DNA of 32,984 nucleotides, taken from a virus. Taxonomy: Duplodnaviria > Caudoviricetes. The notes beneath the pieces are model-generated. The model was not told the DNA's origin and did no database searches. It saw only the letters and a list, made by a program, of their open reading frames with translations. The DNA lies in the IMG/VR virus record IMGVR_UViG_3300032218_002297, positions 1 through 32,984 of that record. One strand, given 5' to 3'. Shown piece after piece: positions 1 through 6,753 of the stretch (positions within the stretch are counted from its first letter, which is position 1; each line of letters starts with the position of its first letter). The position numbers and the translations under genes were made by a program.

Positions 1-141
1 GACGGCAACACGAAAGGCGACGGACGTAATCCGAGCAAAACAAGTAAATGCAAACGATGCATATTTTGGAGATGAACGCCTAGCGGCTTAATTCTCTTGG
101 GGTTTCGCAAGGTGTCCTTATTACCCAATCACCTTGCATTT
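1..141 (+). ncRNA. ssrA: tmRNA, tag-coding portion; 5' end lies outside the window; probably the coding piece of a two-piece (permuted) tmRNA
   Basis: Resume context TAAAT-GCA-AAC-GAT. Frame 50-91 reads ANDAYFGDERLAA-stop (AND... start, LAA degron end). Downstream H-type pseudoknot: TTGGG 97-101/CCCAA 124-128 and GCAAGGTG 107-114/CACCTTGC 130-137. The window opens with GACGG, as expected just after the D-loop TTCGAC. No T-arm or CCA follows. Confidence 0.88.
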
Positions 142-229
142 TAATGGTTTTAATTATTACATTTGCGTTACATTATGAATATATAATCACAGTCGTAGTA
201 TTTCACTATGACACATCAAGGAGAATGAT

Positions 230-304
230 ATGAAATGGTCCACACCTGCTGCTCAAGATTTCCGCTTCGGCTTCGAAATTACCATGTATATTTCTAATCG
301 ATAA
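230..304 (+). CDS. pqqA: Pyrroloquinoline quinone precursor peptide PqqA (24 aa, MKWSTPAAQDFRFGFEITMYISNR); not in the ORF track
   Basis: Manual translation gives the PqqA pattern W-x-x-P...R-F-G-F-E-x-x-x-Y, including the E-x3-Y pair that becomes PQQ. SD AAGGAG at 218-223. Confidence 0.95.
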   Translation: MKWSTPAAQDFRFGFEITMYISNR

Positions 305-308
305 AAAT

Positions 309-326
309 TATTGGCGAAAGCCAATA
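309..326 (+). other. GAAA-tetraloop hairpin just after the pqqA stop
   Basis: TATTGGC-GAAA-GCCAATA, a perfect 7-bp stem. Confidence 0.7.
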
Positions 327-333
327 TAGGTTC

Positions 334-371
334 TGCCGGATTCCTAGTCAGAATATCCGGCATTTTTGTTT
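334..371 (+). terminator. Rho-independent terminator between pqqA and the transporter gene
   Basis: TGCCGGAT 334-341 pairs with ATCCGGCA 355-362, followed by TTTTTGTTT. Confidence 0.7.
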
Positions 372-384
372 ATAGGAGTTAATT

Positions 385-1425
385 ATGGATGTATTGAAAC
401 TGATGGATGGCTTAGGCTATCTATGGATGATATTCTTCATAATGATAAGTGCTGGACTAGCAAAAGATTATGAACTTTTTGTCCCAGCCTTCGCTTATGT
501 TAAGAATACCTTCCGTTCCAATAAATTTGTTGTTGTTCTTTTGAGTGCAATAGGTGGAGTATTACCTATTGAGGGACGAGTAACAGTATCAGCAGGATTA
601 TTGGACACCGTTGCTCCTAAATGTGGCCATGGCCGTGAGAAGATGGGAATTGTTGATTATCTTTCTACGCATCACTATTATATGTGGTCGCCGTTAGAGA
701 AAACAGTTGTCCTTCCTATTGCAGTCTTTGGTATTACCTATAGTACTTTCTTGGGTATGATTGCACCATTACTTGTTGTTAGTTTAGCCTTCATCGCTAC
801 ATATATTTGGCGTCAAGTGAAAGATGAAGAAGTTGCCATTATGCCAGGTAACTTTAAACTAAGTGTAGTAATGCGTAATGTCTTTCCTATGATTTTTGCA
901 ATAGGTACATACATTTACGGCGGCGGAGAGAATAATGTATTTGTAATTTTTGGTGCTCTCGCTTTATATTATGTTTTCATTACACAACAATGGAACTACA
1001 AGAAACTTTTATCATATATTAATTGGGAAGTTCTGTTGACAGTCGCTATTGTTATCATCATTGGTAACTTTTTCAAAGCACACAATTCTGAATTCACAGA
1101 GTTGATTAAATCAAGTCCTATTAACCCACATACTTTAGCTGGTATGGTAGGTATTAGTTTGATTGGCTTTGCTTTTAGTTTTCTAATGGGAAGCAGTGGT
1201 AAGTTTATTGCATTGTCAGTACTCATGGCACAAGTATTTGGAATGGAATACTTTCTATGGTTCTTTGCATTAGACTATGCAGGATATCTTTTGAGTCCTA
1301 CGCATAAATGTGTAATGGTTGGCAATCGTTATTTTGGAACACCATTGATTACTTATTATAAGGCATTAGGCATGTGGGCAGCATTATTGTTACTCACAGC
1401 AGGTAGTATAACATTTTTAATTTAA
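385..1425 (+). CDS. Polytopic inner-membrane transporter, DUF401/TIGR00529-like (IT superfamily)
   Basis: About 9-11 hydrophobic segments. Motifs GGVLPIEG, DYLSTHHYYMWSPL and YAGYLLSPTHKC resemble DUF401 motifs as I recall them (GLLPxPGG, NYWFRH..WPL, GVLLSPxHLC). SD AGGAG at 374-378. Confidence 0.65.
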   Translation: MDVLKLMDGLGYLWMIFFIMISAGLAKDYELFVPAFAYVKNTFRSNKFVVVLLSAIGGVLPIEGRVTVSAGLLDTVAPKCGHGREKMGIVDYLSTHHYYMWSPLEKTVVLPIAVFGITYSTFLGMIAPLLVVSLAFIATYIWRQVKDEEVAIMPGNFKLSVVMRNVFPMIFAIGTYIYGGGENNVFVIFGALALYYVFITQQWNYKKLLSYINWEVLLTVAIVIIIGNFFKAHNSEFTELIKSSPINPHTLAGMVGISLIGFAFSFLMGSSGKFIALSVLMAQVFGMEYFLWFFALDYAGYLLSPTHKCVMVGNRYFGTPLITYYKALGMWAALLLLTAGSITFLI

Positions 1426-1433
1426 GGAGTAGT

Positions 1434-2036
1434 ATGAATAAATTTATTATCACAGCACTATTGTTTGGTGCATTCGTAAATAGTTCTTATGCAGGTGGTC
1501 AAGTTAATTTTGAATATGAGCATGAGAAAAGTAAAACTGGAGTGTATAATGATGCTCTGACAGTATCTCCTGGCTATAATCTAACAGATTCATTTATTGA
1601 CCGTGTTGAATTACAACTAGAAGGTAATCAAAATGAAGGCACTACACATACTACACAAACTAAAGTAGGTGTTCGTGTTCGCAAAAATTTTGATATTGGT
1701 GCAGGGTTCAATGCATTCACCAGAGTATATGTTGGTCGTGCAATGTCTGCCGATGAAAACTTTAGTTTTGCTTATTGGGAACCAGGTGTAAAGTATACAT
1801 TTAATCCTACATTGAGTCTTACTACTAGCTATCGTGCCATTCGTACTATTGACAATAGTCGTTCATATGACGTAAATAAACTACGTATTGGTCCTAATTT
1901 TCAATTAACAAAATCGGATGATGTTGAAATTCGTTATGTAAAGGCGTGGAATTCAGATTCACATAGTTTCATTAACCTTGCAAATGGTACTGAAAATTCT
2001 ACCGCAGTCGTACTTGAGTATACACACAAATTCTGA
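1434..2036 (+). CDS. Outer-membrane beta-barrel / small porin-like protein (KdgM/OmpL-like size)
   Basis: Sec signal peptide ending SYA, amphipathic alternating beta-strands rich in aromatics, and a C-terminal BAM-type signal LEYTHKF. SD AAGGAG directly after the transporter stop. Confidence 0.75.
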   Translation: MNKFIITALLFGAFVNSSYAGGQVNFEYEHEKSKTGVYNDALTVSPGYNLTDSFIDRVELQLEGNQNEGTTHTTQTKVGVRVRKNFDIGAGFNAFTRVYVGRAMSADENFSFAYWEPGVKYTFNPTLSLTTSYRAIRTIDNSRSYDVNKLRIGPNFQLTKSDDVEIRYVKAWNSDSHSFINLANGTENSTAVVLEYTHKF

Positions 2037-2039
2037 TAT

Positions 2040-2047
2040 ACTAAATA
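2040..2047 (+). promoter_or_regulatory. Possible T4-type late promoter variant (ACTAAATA)
   Basis: 6/8 match to TATAAATA, intergenic, just upstream of a structured leader. Confidence 0.5.
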
Positions 2048-2058
2048 AGTAATACAGA

Positions 2059-2086
2059 TGGGTTGGTGGTCCCAACAAAACCACCA
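2059..2086 (+). promoter_or_regulatory. H-type pseudoknot in the 5' leader
   Basis: S1 TGGG 2059-62/CCCA 2071-74; S2 TGGTGGT 2064-70/ACCACCA 2080-86; 1-nt L1 and A-rich L3. Confidence 0.55.
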
Positions 2087-2117
2087 TTTACACACAACAC
2101 ACAACAAGGAGCAACAC

Positions 2118-2390
2118 ATGAGTAATCTTACACCTTTCGAGATTCGCCTCGAACTTTTAAAAATGTCACAAGGACTTTTGTTAGAAGAATACCACTCTAA
2201 CAAAGACCGCCTAACCAATGAATGGCACGTTAAGGTAGAGTCTGCTAAACTAAACGGACAAGTAATACCTGAACATCCTGCATTCCCACCATATCCCACA
2301 GAAACCGATATCATTAACAAAGCACAGTCTTTGAACGGATTCGTTTCTAACATCACACCAGAAAAGACACCAAGCAAGAAGTCTGCCTGA
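2118..2390 (+). CDS. Hypothetical phage protein (90 aa, MSNLTPFEIRLELLKM...)
   Basis: Start moved from 2058 to 2118 because SD AAGGAG lies at 2106-2111. The N-terminus resembles a hypothetical family I recall from environmental T4-like phages. Confidence 0.75.
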   Translation: MSNLTPFEIRLELLKMSQGLLLEEYHSNKDRLTNEWHVKVESAKLNGQVIPEHPAFPPYPTETDIINKAQSLNGFVSNITPEKTPSKKSA

Positions 2391-2438
2391 TTGGGACAAG
2401 AGAGGTTTCGGCCTCTCCCTAACTATTAAGGAGATACA

Positions 2439-2939
2439 ATGAAAATCCTATTACCTTTTGTTTTAGCACTAAGTGCAGTGATGGCTATACCTAGCTATGC
2501 ACAACAAGACGATGAGGAAGTTGCTTACAGAGTAAAGCAAATAATTAATAGTGAAGTAAATTGCCTCGCACAAAACATTTATTACGAAGCAGGTTCGGAA
2601 CCTTATGAGGGTAAACTTGCCGTAGCACAAGTTACATTGAATCGTACTAGAAGTCCAAAGTATCCAAAAACTATTTGTGAAGTTGTACATCAACGTACAA
2701 CATATAATGGCAAAACAGTTTGTCAGTTCACATGGACTTGCGAGAAATCTTATCCAATTCGTAGTAAATACAATTGGGAAGAATGTGTTATAATTGCCAA
2801 AAGAGCATTGACTGAAGCTGTATTGCATGATACAATTCATAGACGAAACGCATTGTACTATCATGCAAACTATGTTGACCCAAAGTGGAGTCAAGGTAGA
2901 GTAATAATGAGAATTGGTAATCACATATTTTATACATGA
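2439..2939 (+). CDS. SleB/CwlJ-like cell wall hydrolase (Hydrolase_2)
   Basis: Motifs CLAQNIYYEA, GKLAVAQVTLNR, CQFTW, YYHANYV and IGNHIFY, plus an N-terminal signal/anchor. Confidence 0.92.
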   Translation: MKILLPFVLALSAVMAIPSYAQQDDEEVAYRVKQIINSEVNCLAQNIYYEAGSEPYEGKLAVAQVTLNRTRSPKYPKTICEVVHQRTTYNGKTVCQFTWTCEKSYPIRSKYNWEECVIIAKRALTEAVLHDTIHRRNALYYHANYVDPKWSQGRVIMRIGNHIFYT

Positions 2940-3106
2940 AAAAATTTAAAATAACAAAATTTAATGAAGAAACATTAGGACTAGTGAAGGAAGAATTTTA
3001 TGACCCGCCTATCGAGGGTCTGCCTCCTTCACATAGTCAAATGATTCTAATCGAACCCAATGATATAGCAACATTGATGGAAGTATTGAAAGACTATGGC
3101 AACTAA
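2936..3106 (+). CDS. Small hypothetical protein (56 aa, MKKFKITKFNEETLG...); not in the ORF track
   Basis: ATGA overlap with the hydrolase stop. The frame is open across the gap and overlaps the gp33 start. Confidence 0.6.
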   Translation: MKKFKITKFNEETLGLVKEEFYDPPIEGLPPSHSQMILIEPNDIATLMEVLKDYGN

Positions 3107-3317
3107 AGATGAGATGCGGGAGTTCTCACTAAAGATAGAAGAAATTGCAAAAGAAAAAAAGATGACTTATCTTGATGCAATTCTACATTATTGTGAAGAT
3201 ACTCAATTTGAAGTTGAGGTTGCTGCTACACTTATTACACCTGCACTCAAGGCAAAGATAAGTGAAGAAGCACAAAATGCAAACATGATTAAGAAAACGG
3301 CAAAACTTCCAATATGA
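3096..3317 (+). CDS. gp33: Late transcription co-activator gp33
   Basis: FSLKIEE..TYLDAILHYCE..LKAKISEEA..LPI pattern; 33-59-32 synteny. Confidence 0.88.
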   Translation: MATKDEMREFSLKIEEIAKEKKMTYLDAILHYCEDTQFEVEVAATLITPALKAKISEEAQNANMIKKTAKLPI

Positions 3318-3907
3318 CTGACACTGGAGGATTTGAAGCATATTCGTTATATCATTCTTTGCGATTACATTTTACCAGTCCTACCTATGATTTTGTAAAA
3401 TATAATGGCAAGACCAATGTTAGCAAAGATAACTTTTTGACAAGAAAAGATAAGTTTTCATTTTATAAACTGTCTAGGCAGTATTATATTGAAGACCTAA
3501 AGAATTTCTTAGTTGCTAACTTTGTTGCGGGGCGTACAGCATACGTACAGGAGCTTTTGACTCAAGAGGCTACTGACACCTATACCCTATCGCAAAAACG
3601 CCTACAAGCCCTATCCTATAACTTTAAGCAGGACTTGGAGGTACTATTTAATCACTCTCCAGCAGAGTTATTAAAAGTAAAAGATGGACAAGTACCATTA
3701 ATTGTTACATTGACAATGCGTGATGATATCAATTTAGAAACATTTATTATTATTAATGATTTGATAAAATTGACAGAAGCGTGGGATGGTAAAATCGAAG
3801 ATGATATTATCTGGCCAAGTTTTCGTATGAGATGCATAAAATATTCACCATTCATTTCATACGATAAACAAAAATTTAAAAAGATGTTTATGGAGGTGTT
3901 TAATTGA
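3314..3907 (+). CDS. gp59: Helicase loader gp59
   Basis: Motifs LRLHFTSPTYDFVKYNGK and RKDKFSFYKL; lies between gp33 and gp32. Confidence 0.9.
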   Translation: MTDTGGFEAYSLYHSLRLHFTSPTYDFVKYNGKTNVSKDNFLTRKDKFSFYKLSRQYYIEDLKNFLVANFVAGRTAYVQELLTQEATDTYTLSQKRLQALSYNFKQDLEVLFNHSPAELLKVKDGQVPLIVTLTMRDDINLETFIIINDLIKLTEAWDGKIEDDIIWPSFRMRCIKYSPFISYDKQKFKKMFMEVFN

Positions 3908-3932
3908 CACCTTATAAATAGTAGTGTATATT
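3904..3932 (+). promoter_or_regulatory. sigma70-type promoter with a T4 late promoter nested in its spacer
   Basis: TTGACA 3904-3909, 17-bp spacer, TATATT 3927-3932; TATAAATA at 3913-3920. Confidence 0.8.
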
Positions 3933-3950
3933 ATGAGAAGTTTGTGGATA

Positions 3951-3983
3951 AATCGTTTATATTCCGTTCATACATCGTTAATA
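3951..3983 (+). repeat. Three tandem 11-nt repeats (nnYCGTTnATA) abutting the gp32 SD
   Basis: AATCGTTTATA / TTCCGTTCATA / CATCGTTAATA, then AGGAG at 3984-3988. Confidence 0.7.
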
Positions 3984-3993
3984 AGGAGAAGTT

Positions 3994-4872
3994 ATGTCGT
4001 TCGCTAATTTGAAAAAACAATCTGGTAGTTTGGATAAACTCACCAAAGCAATTGAATCACTCAACGCATCAAATGATGCATCCTCAAACAAAGACAACTA
4101 TTGGAAACCAGAGATTGATAAAGCAGGTAATGGCTATGCTATTATTCGTTTTCTTCCTGCTGCTCCCGATGACGAAGATGGTCTTCCATGGATTAAACAA
4201 TTCAATCACGGCTTTCAAGGTCCTGGTGGTTGGTTAATCGACAACTGCCTGACTACAAAAAATGAAAAGTGTCCTGTATGTGAGTCCAACTCTACACTAT
4301 GGAACTCTGGCATTGAGGCTAATAAACAAGTTGCAAGAGACCGTAAGCGTAAGTTGTCATACACCGCAAATATCTACATCGTAGAAGATTCTAAACATCC
4401 AGAAAACAATGGTAAAGTTTTTCTGTATAAGTTTGGTGCAAAAATCTTTGACAAACTCCGTGAAGCAATGAACCCACAGTTTGACGATGAAAAACCAATG
4501 AATCCATTTGATATGTGGAAAGGTGCTAACTTTAAACTGAAGATTCGTAAAGTTGAAGGTTATCAGAACTATGATAAGTCTGAATTTGAGGCAGCAGCAC
4601 CATTGTTGAATGATGATGATGAGTTGGAGAAAATCTGGAAGTCAGAGTATTCACTAAAGCAGTTAATGAATGATAGTGAATATAAATCCTACGATGAACT
4701 CAAAGCACGTTTGGATAAAGTATTGGGTACAACATCATCAACTAGTACTGTTGAAGATGTAAGTGAACCAGTACGAAAATCATCTGCTCCTACAGCAAAG
4801 GCAGCACCTAGCATCCATGAGGACGAAGATGATGACCTTTCCTATTTTTCTAAACTTGCAGAAGAAGATTAA
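3994..4872 (+). CDS. gp32: Single-stranded DNA-binding protein gp32
   Basis: GNGYAIIRFLP, Zn ligands HGFQ..NC..CPVC, NPFD.WKGANFKLKIRKVEGYQNYD and an acidic C-terminal tail. Confidence 0.97.
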   Translation: MSFANLKKQSGSLDKLTKAIESLNASNDASSNKDNYWKPEIDKAGNGYAIIRFLPAAPDDEDGLPWIKQFNHGFQGPGGWLIDNCLTTKNEKCPVCESNSTLWNSGIEANKQVARDRKRKLSYTANIYIVEDSKHPENNGKVFLYKFGAKIFDKLREAMNPQFDDEKPMNPFDMWKGANFKLKIRKVEGYQNYDKSEFEAAAPLLNDDDELEKIWKSEYSLKQLMNDSEYKSYDELKARLDKVLGTTSSTSTVEDVSEPVRKSSAPTAKAAPSIHEDEDDDLSYFSKLAEED

Positions 4873-4894
4873 AACAGACTAGACGGTCATGTTT

Positions 4895-4920
4895 AACCCC
4901 ACCAAGTGTGGGGTTTTTTA
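4895..4920. terminator. Intrinsic terminator between convergent genes (strong on +)
   Basis: AACCCCAC-CAAGT-GTGGGGTT followed by a T-tract. Confidence 0.85.
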
Positions 4921-6750
4921 TTATACGGGTCGAGCATAACCTCGTAATGTACGAATCAATGACTCATCATCATTACGTACAGCAGTGCTACCAATTACTG
5001 ACGTTTTATTATCATCTTGACCTGCTGATATTTTGGTGTTATTTGTCACAACAGGTTGCATTACAACAGGCGAAGCATTAGCATCTGCATTTTCTGTACT
5101 TATTTTGTCTACCTTTTCTCCAGTATTATTTTTTGGTGTTACTGGTGGTGGAGGTGGAGTTGTTGATGCAGGCATTGCCGAAGCCTTTGCTGCCGGTGCT
5201 TGTTGTGGTGGAGTACTAGAAGCACCAGAACTACCTGAAGGCATAGGAGAGGCAGTAGATTTTGCTGCCGGTGCTTGTTCTGTTTTTGGTGTACTTGCTG
5301 GTGCTGCGGCTGGTGCTTGTGTTTCTTTTGAAGCAGGAGCAGCCTCGGCAGCCTTATCTGATTTTTTCGGTATCTCTTTTTCATCACCATTCATATAATC
5401 AAACAATTTACCTGCTGCATACTTACCTAACTTTTCTCCACCAAAGAAACCTGCAACGCCACCTGTTAAACCACCAATCAAAGTACCTAGACCAGGAACT
5501 GCTGAACCTAGTGCAGCACCCAACATACCACCAAGTTCTGCACCGCCTACGCCACCTGCTGCACCACCAACGGCTTCTACAATTTCTTTCTTCATTGCTT
5601 GGTCTGTAATTTCACCTGCTTCATGTCGTTGTATTGCAGAAGCAACATCGGCAATCAATGCTGCACCAGATGCTATCAATGACAAACCAGGTACTTTATT
5701 CAAAAACTCCAATACACCTTTTGCTGCTGTTAATAGTTTGGATACTTTAGCGGCTTTTGCAACGGTGCCTGCTGTTTTTGCTGCGGCACCTGCTCCTCCT
5801 TTTATTGCTTGAATTGCTGCTTTGGCTGCTCCCTTTGCTTTTGCTACTAGTGCAAGAACTCCTGTGCTTTCTAATACTGCTAATACCATATCTTTAATTT
5901 TACCAAAGATAATGTTCTTAATAAAATCAAATATACCACCGCCACCTTCTTTTTCTGACGTTACAGTACCACCACCAAGAGTCATACCAGAAATTGATTT
6001 AATTAATTCCGCATGTCTCCTTTCTGCTTCAGCTTTTTTCTCTTTAGCAAAATCTCTATCTAATTCTCTACCAAGTTTTCTTTCTTCATAATCTTTTTTC
6101 AATAGTTCATATAACTCAATAACAATCTCTGTAGCACCAGAAGTATCTGAACGTTTCATCTTTGTTGATTTTGGTTTTTTCTTATCAACTATAGATGGCT
6201 CTGTTTTATCTGTTTTAGATTCTTCTTTTTTGTTTTTAAGTCCAGTAAAGTACTCCATGTCTTCTTGCTTACGACCCATCATTTTACCAACCAAAGCAGG
6301 ACCTAACTTACTACCACCAGTAAGTTTTTTGGCAATGTTCATTGGGTCAGTTTTTTCTTTTAAGCCAGTCATTGTGGCTTTCATTCGTTCTGATACACCA
6401 CCTTTGATTGATGCACCAATACCTTGACCTTCAACTAATTTTTCACTGATTAAATTACCTAAACCTTTTTTTCTGATTAGAGATGCCTTTTCATACTCAT
6501 GAGGTTCTTTTTTATTCTTGTCTTCTTTTACTTCCGATTTATCTGTTTCTGTTTGTTGTGGTTCAGTTACAACTTCAGGAGAAGCAGGAATCGATTCTTC
6601 TTCTTTTGGCTTACCTAACTGTTTGAATTCATCTTTACTTGCTGCACGACCTAAGCCACCTTTTTTACCTATCACATACCAATAACCTTTACCTTTAAAG
6701 GCATTCGGGTCCCATGCAAATGTTTGATTGTCTAACTTTTTGGTTATCAT
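4921..6750 (-). CDS. Tape-measure/gp29-like virion protein with a Gly-zipper hydrophobic region; paralog of 6754-8496
   Basis: Lies downstream of gp26/gp51. Helical and low-complexity, with a GxxxG-rich segment (GGAAGGVGGAELGGMLGAALG...) and an Ala/Pro/Ser linker. Shares a domain with the neighbouring gene. Confidence 0.55.
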   Translation of the reverse strand: MITKKLDNQTFAWDPNAFKGKGYWYVIGKKGGLGRAASKDEFKQLGKPKEEESIPASPEVVTEPQQTETDKSEVKEDKNKKEPHEYEKASLIRKKGLGNLISEKLVEGQGIGASIKGGVSERMKATMTGLKEKTDPMNIAKKLTGGSKLGPALVGKMMGRKQEDMEYFTGLKNKKEESKTDKTEPSIVDKKKPKSTKMKRSDTSGATEIVIELYELLKKDYEERKLGRELDRDFAKEKKAEAERRHAELIKSISGMTLGGGTVTSEKEGGGGIFDFIKNIIFGKIKDMVLAVLESTGVLALVAKAKGAAKAAIQAIKGGAGAAAKTAGTVAKAAKVSKLLTAAKGVLEFLNKVPGLSLIASGAALIADVASAIQRHEAGEITDQAMKKEIVEAVGGAAGGVGGAELGGMLGAALGSAVPGLGTLIGGLTGGVAGFFGGEKLGKYAAGKLFDYMNGDEKEIPKKSDKAAEAAPASKETQAPAAAPASTPKTEQAPAAKSTASPMPSGSSGASSTPPQQAPAAKASAMPASTTPPPPPVTPKNNTGEKVDKISTENADANASPVVMQPVVTNNTKISAGQDDNKTSVIGSTAVRNDDESLIRTLRGYARPV

Positions 6751-6753
6751 TTA

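Noticed and set aside
155-190. sigma70 promoter for pqqA
   Set aside because: TATAAT at 182-187 is present, but the candidate -35 boxes are spaced 13 or 19 bp; TATGAATA at 174-181 is a possible late variant. Too ambiguous to call.
2059-2090. preQ1 or other known riboswitch
   Set aside because: Pseudoknot-like, but it lacks the conserved preQ1-I loop and tail nucleotides I would expect, and the downstream gene is not queuosine related.
2058-2117. N-terminal extension MGWWSQQNHHLHTTHNKEQH given in the ORF track
   Set aside because: There is no SD at 2058 and a strong SD precedes 2118; the stretch is better explained as an RNA leader.
1934-2924. Minus-strand ORFs of 147 and 151 aa
   Set aside because: They overlap well-supported plus-strand genes and have no recognisable features.
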